Below, in pieces: positions 28,365-35,692 of a stretch of DNA of 35,692 nt. Every line of letters begins with the position of its first letter. The stretch's first letter is position 1. Under the pieces are notes generated by a model. That model had not been told where the DNA came from. It ran no database searches and worked only from the letters and a program-made list of their open reading frames with translations. The stretch is from an uncultured Mycoplasmatota bacterium (lineage in GTDB: Bacteria; Bacillota_I; Bacilli_A; RF39; UBA660). The DNA lies in assembly GCA_948432605.1 (NCBI GenBank), contig CAOJCV010000003.1, positions 1 to 35,692 of the forward strand, written 5' to 3'. The translations under genes and the position numbers were made by a program.

Positions 28365-28609
28365 TGAATTTTGATGAGACATTTTTTTTGGATACAGAAG
28401 ATGGAAGTCGTGAATGTCAAGTTATAACAAGTGTATATTCTGAATCTAGAAAAAAATATTATTTAATTTATGAATATATAGATAATAAAAGTGATGAAGT
28501 TTTTGTTTCTTCTTATGTCCCAGATGATGAAAGTGGAACTTTAAATGATATTACAGATGAGAATGAACTTGCAGAAATAGCTGATTTTTTGAAAGATTTT
28601 GAGGAATAA
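28364..28609 (+). CDS. DUF1292-family small acidic protein
   Basis: LDTEDG...KKYYLIY...EVFVSSY...LNDITDENE pattern; translationally coupled to the upstream gene. Confidence 0.7.
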   Translation: MNFDETFFLDTEDGSRECQVITSVYSESRKKYYLIYEYIDNKSDEVFVSSYVPDDESGTLNDITDENELAEIADFLKDFEE

Positions 28610-28611
28610 GT

Positions 28612-29865
28612 ATGAATGGGTATCAATATCAAAAAGATGCAATAAAAGATAATAGAATTACGAAACAAGACATTTTAAATTATTTGTATCAATGTGTTCC
28701 TGTGGAACTACAAAATCAAAAATGTGTGTTTTATGATAAGTCCAATGAAATAAGTATAGGAAGGCATCTTTTTAATTTTTATATTAGAAATCAAAGAATT
28801 ATTATTACAGAAAAAAAGGTTCGTAATGGTGAAGTTTTTGACGTATTATTAACACCTCGTAAAAATAAATTAAATAAACGGAAATTAGGTATTAAAAAAG
28901 GCTTTGTAAATCAACATAAAACAATATTAATTTATAGTGTAGCTTTATTTTTAAGTGCCTCTGGAATTAATTTTGTTATGAATAATTTAAAGTCTGAAAT
29001 TTCACAAGAAACAAGTGAATCTATAGAAGTTTTGGAAAGTTTTGATGAAAAAGTAGAACCTTTATTAACTAATATTGTAATTCAAGATGACAGTATGATT
29101 AATTTACAAGTGAATGTAGTTCCAATTGATCGTCTTGGTTTTCAAAAAAGGGAGTTATTAGTTCAAAAATATGGAAATCAAATTAATTTTTTTGCAAATC
29201 GTTATGGTTTGGATTTTGATTTTGTTGTAAATTTACTTTCTCAAGAAAGTCATAATGAGCTTGATTCTGTTTCAGCAGAAGAAAAAGAAAATTTGGGGCA
29301 GCTTACTTCTTCTATATGTACCGAACCAATTATGGCTCCTGTTTTTCAAGATGGAGTGCTTGTTGGATATGAAGGGTATTTTATTTTACCTGCTCTTTAT
29401 CCTGAAAATTTGTCAGTTTCTACTATATTTGATGTTGATGAAACTTATTTAACAGATATTCAAAGAGATAATTTAAGACGGGCTAGAAGTAGAAATTGTA
29501 ATTGGACTGTTTTTCGAAAAAATGAAGCTTTTTGTGAAGCAAATTCTAATATTAAAGTATCTGTAGCTTATTTGTCTTATTTGGTTAATAAAAAACAAGA
29601 TTTGATATTGGGAGCAATGAGTTATCATGCTGGATATTCTAAAACAAATGAATTGACAAGAGAAGATGCAGTGATGGGGAGAGTTGATGCATTTGATAAA
29701 AATTATATAGCTAATATCATACGTTATCAGCCAATTGAAACTTATGATGATGGCTTTGATTTTACAATCCATTTTCAAAATGGAGAAATAAAAACTTATA
29801 ATATTAAAAATCCAACTTTAGAAAGTGAATATAATTATGAAAAAGAAAATGGATATCATTTATGA
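28612..29865 (+). CDS. Membrane-anchored protein with divergent lysozyme-like (SLT) domain
   Basis: TM helix near residue 105, then FANRYGLD...LLSQES, LGQL, SNIKVSVAYLSYL, AMSYHAG, NYIANI (SLT motifs I-III). Confidence 0.6.
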   Translation: MNGYQYQKDAIKDNRITKQDILNYLYQCVPVELQNQKCVFYDKSNEISIGRHLFNFYIRNQRIIITEKKVRNGEVFDVLLTPRKNKLNKRKLGIKKGFVNQHKTILIYSVALFLSASGINFVMNNLKSEISQETSESIEVLESFDEKVEPLLTNIVIQDDSMINLQVNVVPIDRLGFQKRELLVQKYGNQINFFANRYGLDFDFVVNLLSQESHNELDSVSAEEKENLGQLTSSICTEPIMAPVFQDGVLVGYEGYFILPALYPENLSVSTIFDVDETYLTDIQRDNLRRARSRNCNWTVFRKNEAFCEANSNIKVSVAYLSYLVNKKQDLILGAMSYHAGYSKTNELTREDAVMGRVDAFDKNYIANIIRYQPIETYDDGFDFTIHFQNGEIKTYNIKNPTLESEYNYEKENGYHL

Positions 29866-30520
29866 AGATAAAGAGTTATTAATTATTAATAAACCAGCAA
29901 AATTGTTGACTGTTGGTACAGATAAAATAAAAGATCATACTCTTTATTATGAGGCAAGTGATTACGTTAAGAAAAAATATCCTAAGAATAAAATATTTAT
30001 AGTAAATAGATTAGATAAAGATACTTCAGGAATTGTTGTTTTTGCCAAAAATGAAGAGGTAAAAAAAGAACTTCAAAATAATTGGAATCAGATTGCTGTA
30101 GTACGTGAATATTTGGCTATTGTAGAAGGTAAGGTTTTGAAAAAACAAGGTACTTTAAAATCTTATTTAAAAGAAGATAAAACGTTGCGAGTTTATGAAA
30201 CTACTGAATCAAATGGTCTTCTTGCAATTACTAATTATGAAGTAATATCCAGTACTAAAGTTTATTCTTTACTTCGTATTACTATTGAAACAGGAAGAAA
30301 AAATCAAATTCGTGTTCAATTAGCTAATATGGGGCATCCTATTATAGGTGATAAAAAGTATGGAGCTGTGAAAAATCCTTTGGGAAGACTTGGCCTTCAT
30401 GCATCTTATATGAAATTAAATAGAAAAAATGATAAACTTGATTTGTTTGCAAAGATTCCAAAAGAATGGAAAAATATGTTTGAAGAAGTAGTTACTTATG
30501 AAAAAAATATTCGTTATTAA
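29837..30520 (+). CDS. RluA/C/D-family pseudouridine synthase
   Basis: IIYEDKELLIINKP, VNRLDKDTSG, ETGRKNQIRV, GHPIIGDKKYG, LHA. Confidence 0.93.
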   Translation: MKKKMDIIYEDKELLIINKPAKLLTVGTDKIKDHTLYYEASDYVKKKYPKNKIFIVNRLDKDTSGIVVFAKNEEVKKELQNNWNQIAVVREYLAIVEGKVLKKQGTLKSYLKEDKTLRVYETTESNGLLAITNYEVISSTKVYSLLRITIETGRKNQIRVQLANMGHPIIGDKKYGAVKNPLGRLGLHASYMKLNRKNDKLDLFAKIPKEWKNMFEEVVTYEKNIRY

Positions 30521-30540
30521 AAAAATGGTTGGGTGAATTT

Positions 30541-31254
30541 ATGGAAAGATTACAAAAAGTGATAGCTAATTCTGGATTTTGTTCTAGGAGAAAAGCTGAA
30601 GAATATATAAGTCGTGGAAAAGTTTATGTAAATGGTGAAAAAGTTACTGAATTTGGATTAAAAGTAAACTATGACGATGAAATTATTGTAGATGGACAAG
30701 TTTTATCTCAAAAAGAGGATAAAGAATATTATTTACTTTATAAACCAACAGGCGTGATTTCGAGTGTAAGTGATGAAAAAGGAAGAAATACAGTAGTTTC
30801 TCTTATTCCTACTTCTTCTAGAATTTATCCAATTGGAAGATTAGATTACAATACAACAGGACTTCTTTTATTAACAAATGATGGAAATTTGGCAAATACA
30901 TTGATGCATCCTAAAAATTGTGTTGAAAAATGTTATTTGGCAAAAATTGAAGGAATTTTAAATCCTGAGGAATTTATGAAATTAAAAAAAGGGATTTATA
31001 TTGAAGGAAGAAAAGTTATTCCTACTTATTTAAAAATTAAGCGTGTTAATAAAGAAGCAAATACTTGTAGTGTTCTAATTAGTATAATTGAAGGAAGAAA
31101 CCATATTGTAAAAAAAATCTTTTCTTCTTTAGGACATGAAGTTATGAGATTAAAAAGAGAGACGTATGCTTTTTTAAATTTAGATGGACTTCGGCCTGGA
31201 GAATGTCGAAAGTTATCTGTTAAAGAAGTAAAAAAATTATATTCTCTTAAATAA
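30541..31254 (+). CDS. rluB: rRNA pseudouridine synthase, RsuA/RluB family with S4 domain
   Basis: MERLQKVIANSGFCSRRKAE, YPIGRLDYNTTGLLLLTNDG, EGRNH. Confidence 0.9.
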   Translation: MERLQKVIANSGFCSRRKAEEYISRGKVYVNGEKVTEFGLKVNYDDEIIVDGQVLSQKEDKEYYLLYKPTGVISSVSDEKGRNTVVSLIPTSSRIYPIGRLDYNTTGLLLLTNDGNLANTLMHPKNCVEKCYLAKIEGILNPEEFMKLKKGIYIEGRKVIPTYLKIKRVNKEANTCSVLISIIEGRNHIVKKIFSSLGHEVMRLKRETYAFLNLDGLRPGECRKLSVKEVKKLYSLK

Positions 31255-31266
31255 AAAAAAGTTGCA

Positions 31267-31566
31267 CTAAGCAGCTTTTTCGTTTTCTTTACAATTGTCT
31301 TCGTCTTCATTGCAGTGACATTCTTTATTTGTATCATTACAGCAATGACAATCCTGATCGCAATCACATTCTTCGTCTGTCTCCTCATAAGAAATTACAC
31401 TTACTGGGCAAACTTCGACAACTTCTTGTATTTTTTCAGGATTAATATTTTCTTCATTTTTTACGATAGAAAGTCCTTCTTCATTAAAATCAAAATGTTC
31501 TGGATCTAAACCAACACATGCGCCACATCCTATGCATCCTTCTGTATTTACTTTTATTTTTTTCAT
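31267..31566 (-). CDS. Single-cluster ferredoxin with Cys/His-rich acidic C-terminal tail
   Basis: CIGCGAC...CPV. SD AAGGAGTGA. Tail CDCDQDCHCCNDTNKECHCNEDEDNC. Confidence 0.85.
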   Translation of the reverse strand: MKKIKVNTEGCIGCGACVGLDPEHFDFNEEGLSIVKNEENINPEKIQEVVEVCPVSVISYEETDEECDCDQDCHCCNDTNKECHCNEDEDNCKENEKAA

Positions 31567-31677
31567 AAATTCACTCCTTACTAAATTATTATATATATAA
31601 ATTTTAAAAAAAACAACATTTACACATTTCCAAAAATGTCAAAATATGTTATATTTAGTACGAAAGGATACATATTT

Positions 31678-32523
31678 ATGAAAACAAGGGTCGAGAAATT
31701 AGAAAGCAGAGTAGAAGAATATGCACCAAGAAGAGTTTCAAAAAATACAAAATTATATGATGAAATTAAGAATAGTGAGCTCGATAATTTTAATCTTGGA
31801 AGTAATGCAAAGGTTATAGGAGATAATGAGAGTCAAATTGATATAAATAAAATTAAAGAAATACTTGAAAAAAATTATCAAGAAGAACCTAAAAAAAGAA
31901 GTATGAAATTTGATTTTCCTGAAGAAAATCTGGAATTGGAAAAAACTAGAGAATATGATATTAATGCTATTATAGAACAGGCGAGGGAAGAAAAAGAAGT
32001 TGATTATCAAAAAGAACGTTTAAAGAAAATTAGAGATACTCAATTTGATATTTTAAAAAGCTTGGAGTTAGAGGCAAAAGAGCAAGCAGAGAATAATAAT
32101 CAAAAAACAAAGGAAGAGTTGTTAGAACTTATTAATACAATTAATTTAAATGAAGTTCAAAATAAAATAGATAAGGTTGAAAATGAAGAAGAAAAAGAAA
32201 TAGATCCTTTAGATATTTTAAGTGATCTTAGAGGTGATGATAATACGGTTGTGGTTGGTGCAAAAGAATTTACAGAAGAAATGAAAACTTTAGAAATGCA
32301 AGAAATTGCTAAGGAAAGTAAAGAGGAAGCTGATGAGTCAATTGAAAATTCTTTTTATACCAATAGTATGACATTTGATAAAAAAGATTTTTCTGATTTT
32401 GATGATTTAAAAGAACCTAATGGAAATGTTTTAATTAAAGTATTTATTGTTTTATTATTAGTTGCAATTGTTGTAGGAACCATCATTTTTTTAAATGAAT
32501 TTTTAAATTTAAATTGGTTTTAG
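31678..32523 (+). CDS. Hypothetical acidic protein with C-terminal TM anchor
   Basis: SD GAAAGGA before ATG 31678, Glu-rich body, hydrophobic C-terminal helix. Confidence 0.75.
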   Translation: MKTRVEKLESRVEEYAPRRVSKNTKLYDEIKNSELDNFNLGSNAKVIGDNESQIDINKIKEILEKNYQEEPKKRSMKFDFPEENLELEKTREYDINAIIEQAREEKEVDYQKERLKKIRDTQFDILKSLELEAKEQAENNNQKTKEELLELINTINLNEVQNKIDKVENEEEKEIDPLDILSDLRGDDNTVVVGAKEFTEEMKTLEMQEIAKESKEEADESIENSFYTNSMTFDKKDFSDFDDLKEPNGNVLIKVFIVLLLVAIVVGTIIFLNEFLNLNWF

Positions 32524-32567
32524 GGCTAGATTATTCTAGTTTTTTTTTAATTATCATAATATTTATT

Positions 32568-33278
32568 ATGAAAACTTTCAAATATAAAAAAAAATACAAA
32601 TCTTTTCTTCTATGTTTTGTAATTTTATCTATTTTTGTTTGTGTGTTTGGTCTTTTTTCTTGGTTTAGTAAAAAACTTACTCCTAAATTGATTCATATTT
32701 CAGAGCTTAGTATGAATAAATATATTTTGCATACTGCAAGTAATTTTAAGATTTTTACTTTGGAAAAAAATTCTTCTGATCATTTTTTGAAAATTACAGA
32801 GAATAAAGATGGTGAAATTTCTGGAATCGATTATGATATGGCTAAAATTTATCAATTGGCAGATAATTTAACTAATGATTTAGAAAATAATATGGAACAA
32901 TCTCCTGTTTTAAATGAATTTCTAAATTCTCCTTGGAAAAGTGAAGAAGGTTTATTACTTTTTTTTCCAGTTGGTCTTTTAAGTGATTCAATATTTTTAG
33001 CTAATTTAGGGCCTAAAATTCCTGTGTTAGTAAAATTTATTCATTCTGTTTTTTCAAGTATTAAAACTAGAGTTAGAGATTATGGTATTAATAATGTACT
33101 ATTAGAAGTTTATTTAGATGTAACTATTTCTTATGAAATTTTAACTCCCATTACGATGGAAGAAAAATCTTTTCAATATGAATTACTTTTAGATTCTAAA
33201 GTCATTCAAGGCAAAGTACCATCTTTATATGGAGGTGTTCTAGAAAGTAGAAGTGCATTTTTTGATGTTCCTTTCTAA
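32568..33278 (+). CDS. yunB: Sporulation protein YunB family
   Basis: N-terminal TM, PVGLLSDSIFLANLGPKIPV, YGINNVLLEVY, VIQGKVPSLY. Confidence 0.85.
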   Translation: MKTFKYKKKYKSFLLCFVILSIFVCVFGLFSWFSKKLTPKLIHISELSMNKYILHTASNFKIFTLEKNSSDHFLKITENKDGEISGIDYDMAKIYQLADNLTNDLENNMEQSPVLNEFLNSPWKSEEGLLLFFPVGLLSDSIFLANLGPKIPVLVKFIHSVFSSIKTRVRDYGINNVLLEVYLDVTISYEILTPITMEEKSFQYELLLDSKVIQGKVPSLYGGVLESRSAFFDVPF

Positions 33279-33312
33279 TTTTTTGTGTTATACTTATACT
33301 AGGGTGAAGAGT

Positions 33313-34140
33313 ATGATAGGGAAACCATTTATAAATGAAGAATTATCTCAAGCTATTGAAAATTATTTAAAATTTAAAGATAAACCAGATTCTTTAGAAT
33401 TTTCTTCATTTCCTGTAATGGTAATTCGTTCATTAGTATTTATTTATGGAGAATTAGATATAATAAATCCATATATTACAAGAAATGAAAATAATATGGG
33501 TGGTTTTAATGGTAATTTGATGAAATATGGTATTTCGTTGGAATTAGTTCAAAAGTTTAAAGAATGTTTTCCATCTTTTAAACAAGAAGCTTTAGAGCTG
33601 AAAAAGCCTAATGTTTCTTTTATAAAGATAGAAAAATATTTGATTCAAATGTATTTTTGTAAGAAAAAGATGATGAATTTATCTAGAGAAAATCAACAAG
33701 AATTTAAGAAATTTTTATATTTAAAAGAAAATAATAATGTTAGGATGCAAGAAGATTTGAAAAAATATACAATTCATGAAGAGGAATTGGATTTATATTT
33801 TCAAAGCATTGCTTTTGAATATGCTCATAATTTTATTTTAGAAGAAGCAAGGAGAAGTTTTTTAACTAGAGATGCCTATACTTTACTTGGATATTCTATG
33901 GAACAAATTTATCTTTTAAATGATGCTGATTTAAGGAATGTAAATCAACAAATTTATAATTTTTTTCGTGTCGATTCTAATTTGGAAAATAAAGAGGAAC
34001 TTTTGGAAAAAGCTGTAAATTATTATAAACGTTATGGAAATAAAGTAACTTCTGGAAATGGATTTGTTGATTTTTTGCTTTTTGCTAGTATTTTAGCAAC
34101 TGCTATCTTTGTTACTTTTTTAATATCAGTTGTAGTGTAG
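33313..34140 (+). CDS. Hypothetical protein with C-terminal TM helix
   Basis: SD AGGGTGA before ATG 33313; SGNGFVDFLLFASILATAIFVTFLISVVV tail. Confidence 0.75.
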   Translation: MIGKPFINEELSQAIENYLKFKDKPDSLEFSSFPVMVIRSLVFIYGELDIINPYITRNENNMGGFNGNLMKYGISLELVQKFKECFPSFKQEALELKKPNVSFIKIEKYLIQMYFCKKKMMNLSRENQQEFKKFLYLKENNNVRMQEDLKKYTIHEEELDLYFQSIAFEYAHNFILEEARRSFLTRDAYTLLGYSMEQIYLLNDADLRNVNQQIYNFFRVDSNLENKEELLEKAVNYYKRYGNKVTSGNGFVDFLLFASILATAIFVTFLISVVV

Positions 34141-34151
34141 AGGGATATTTT

Positions 34152-34439
34152 ATGAAATATATTACAATTCAAAATACTCAATATATGGTAATGAAAGATT
34201 ATAAAAGTGGTTTTGATATAGATGCTGTTTTGGAAAAATATACGGATTATTTTCAAAATTTTGATTATATTGTTGGAGATTGGTCTTATGGAAAGTTGCG
34301 ATTAAAGGGATTTAATAGTAAGACTAATCCTAATTTTAAAGAATGGAATGATATTGATAAAGTAGAAGAGTATATTAAAACTCAATGTCCATATGAATGT
34401 CGTTATTTTATATTAAGTAAGGAGCAAAAATTATCGTAA
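34152..34439 (+). CDS. yutD: YutD family (DUF1027) protein
   Basis: FDYIVGDWSYGKLRLKGF...CPYECRYFIL. Confidence 0.9.
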   Translation: MKYITIQNTQYMVMKDYKSGFDIDAVLEKYTDYFQNFDYIVGDWSYGKLRLKGFNSKTNPNFKEWNDIDKVEEYIKTQCPYECRYFILSKEQKLS

Positions 34440-34505
34440 ATTTGTTGTTGCTTATTTTTTTGTTTTTTGTTATAATTTTTTTAGAATAGTGAGGGATAAT
34501 GGATT

Positions 34506-34787
34506 ATGAAAGAAAAAGTTATACTAGAGAATCCTAATGGAGAAAAAGAAGAAAGAACTGTGGTATGTCATTTTAAATCTATTAGTGATGCTCGTCCAAA
34601 TATAAAAAATGTTCCTATTTTAGTTGTAGATAAAAATGAACAAAATAATGGAAATAATGTTTTAGAGTTTTTTTGGGAAAAAGATGGTCTTTACCAAGGA
34701 ATTAATGATGAAGCTGCTTGGGGAGAAGTAAAAAGTGTGATTATAAATATGATAAAATCTAATGTAGAAGTGGCAGGTGTAATGTAA
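34506..34787 (+). CDS. Hypothetical protein
   Basis: 93-aa ORF with SD, preceded by TG-n-TATAAT near 34468-34476. Confidence 0.7.
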   Translation: MKEKVILENPNGEKEERTVVCHFKSISDARPNIKNVPILVVDKNEQNNGNNVLEFFWEKDGLYQGINDEAAWGEVKSVIINMIKSNVEVAGVM

Positions 34788-35611
34788 TGGAAGATAAAGT
34801 TATTGTAATTAATAATGTTGATGTTTTAACATGCGCTATTGGTAGTGGTCGTTTTTTGCAAGTTAAAGACGTTCAAAGAAATAGTCTTCGTTCTAATACA
34901 GATGCTGCTTTTCAATCTTTTCAACAAACATCGCAAGTTGAAATGCCTGTGAACGAAGTAGTTATGGAACCTCAATTGTCTAACGAGACTATAGAGATAC
35001 CACAAGTTGTTGAAACTCCAGTAGAAACTTCAATTCCAGTTGTAGAAGCTCCAGCAGAAACACCAGTTGCTGTTGCGGAAGTTCCAGTTGTTTCTCCTGA
35101 ACTTTCAGAGAGTGTATCTATGCCAGTTGTAGAAGAAAATATTTCAATGGAACCTTCAGTTGTAGAAACTCCTCAGGAGAGTGTAGTACCAGTAGTAGAA
35201 AATGCTCCATCTAATGCTGTAGAAATAGTATCTCAAGTTTCTACTGATTCAGAATATGATTTATTAATGGATGAACTTGCAAAAATTGATCAAGAATGCA
35301 ATCAAAAGATTGTAGATATAAATGCTGAACGTGAAGCGAGAAAACAAAAAGTTTTAGCAGATCATAAACAAAAAATTCAAGCAGAAAAAGAACAAATTGT
35401 AGATTTTAAAACGAGAGCAGAAGAACATTTAAAAAATGCTCAGGCAGCAGAACAAATTGCTACTATAGCTCATCAAAATGCTATGAATATAGCTTCTCAA
35501 ACAAATGTAGCAAATACTACTGTGCAGTCAGAAATTCCTTTTGCACCAAATATAACTGGTTTGGAAGATCTCAGTTTAAGTTCTCAACAAGTATTAGCAA
35601 AAATAGCTTAA
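34787..35611 (+). CDS. Hypothetical protein with Pro/Val/Glu-rich repeat linker and C-terminal coiled coil
   Basis: Repeated P-(x)-VVE units, then a long helical segment ELAKIDQE...AEQIATIA. Coupled to the upstream gene (TAATG). Confidence 0.75.
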   Translation: MEDKVIVINNVDVLTCAIGSGRFLQVKDVQRNSLRSNTDAAFQSFQQTSQVEMPVNEVVMEPQLSNETIEIPQVVETPVETSIPVVEAPAETPVAVAEVPVVSPELSESVSMPVVEENISMEPSVVETPQESVVPVVENAPSNAVEIVSQVSTDSEYDLLMDELAKIDQECNQKIVDINAEREARKQKVLADHKQKIQAEKEQIVDFKTRAEEHLKNAQAAEQIATIAHQNAMNIASQTNVANTTVQSEIPFAPNITGLEDLSLSSQQVLAKIA

Positions 35612-35692
35612 GTTTAAGGATAATTGTCAAATAGTGCGTGTAGATACAAAAAAGTGATAATTATTGAAATAGTCAATGTGAATAGCATTGGC

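Noticed and set aside
1305-34256. Short antisense or alternate-frame ORFs nested in long genes (e.g. 1305-1490, 9668-9859, 11023-11824, 12089-12292, 15301-15483, 17984-18250, 20278-20460, 26923-27135, 29255-29778, 31026-31509, 31753-32010, 34032-34256)
   Set aside because: Shadow frames of well-supported genes or of the TspO pseudogene, with no SD or recognisable motifs.

Overview
Very AT-rich chromosomal segment of a low-GC Firmicute read in genetic code 11. The gene content (yunB, yutD, ynbB-like, DUF1292, SipW-type surface protein) suggests a reduced-genome gut Bacilli lineage such as RF39; this is inference. The main accessory element is a complete compact type II-A CRISPR-Cas9 locus at about 19.9-26.0 kb: cas9 (~1084 aa, 4-Cys HNH), tracrRNA with a perfect sigmaA promoter and terminator, cas1, cas2, a divergent csn2-like gene, a 25-nt leader and an array of 8 x 36-nt repeats with 7 x 30-nt spacers. 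The tracrRNA is atypical: its lower stem mismatches the crRNA repeat but is matched by a collapsed repeat copy immediately upstream, suggesting a natural single-guide-like fold. Other notable items are a ligase-less LigD (phosphoesterase + polymerase) beside tRNA-His, an unannotated ~180-nt structured ncRNA candidate (6374-6553), a PadR gene that probably starts at ATT, a stand-alone ClpA/B NBD1 ATPase, Rpn-family and TspO pseudogenes, and an IS110/phage/host mosaic at the left edge. The rest is housekeeping or hypothetical genes. All family calls come from motif recognition by eye; no searches were run.
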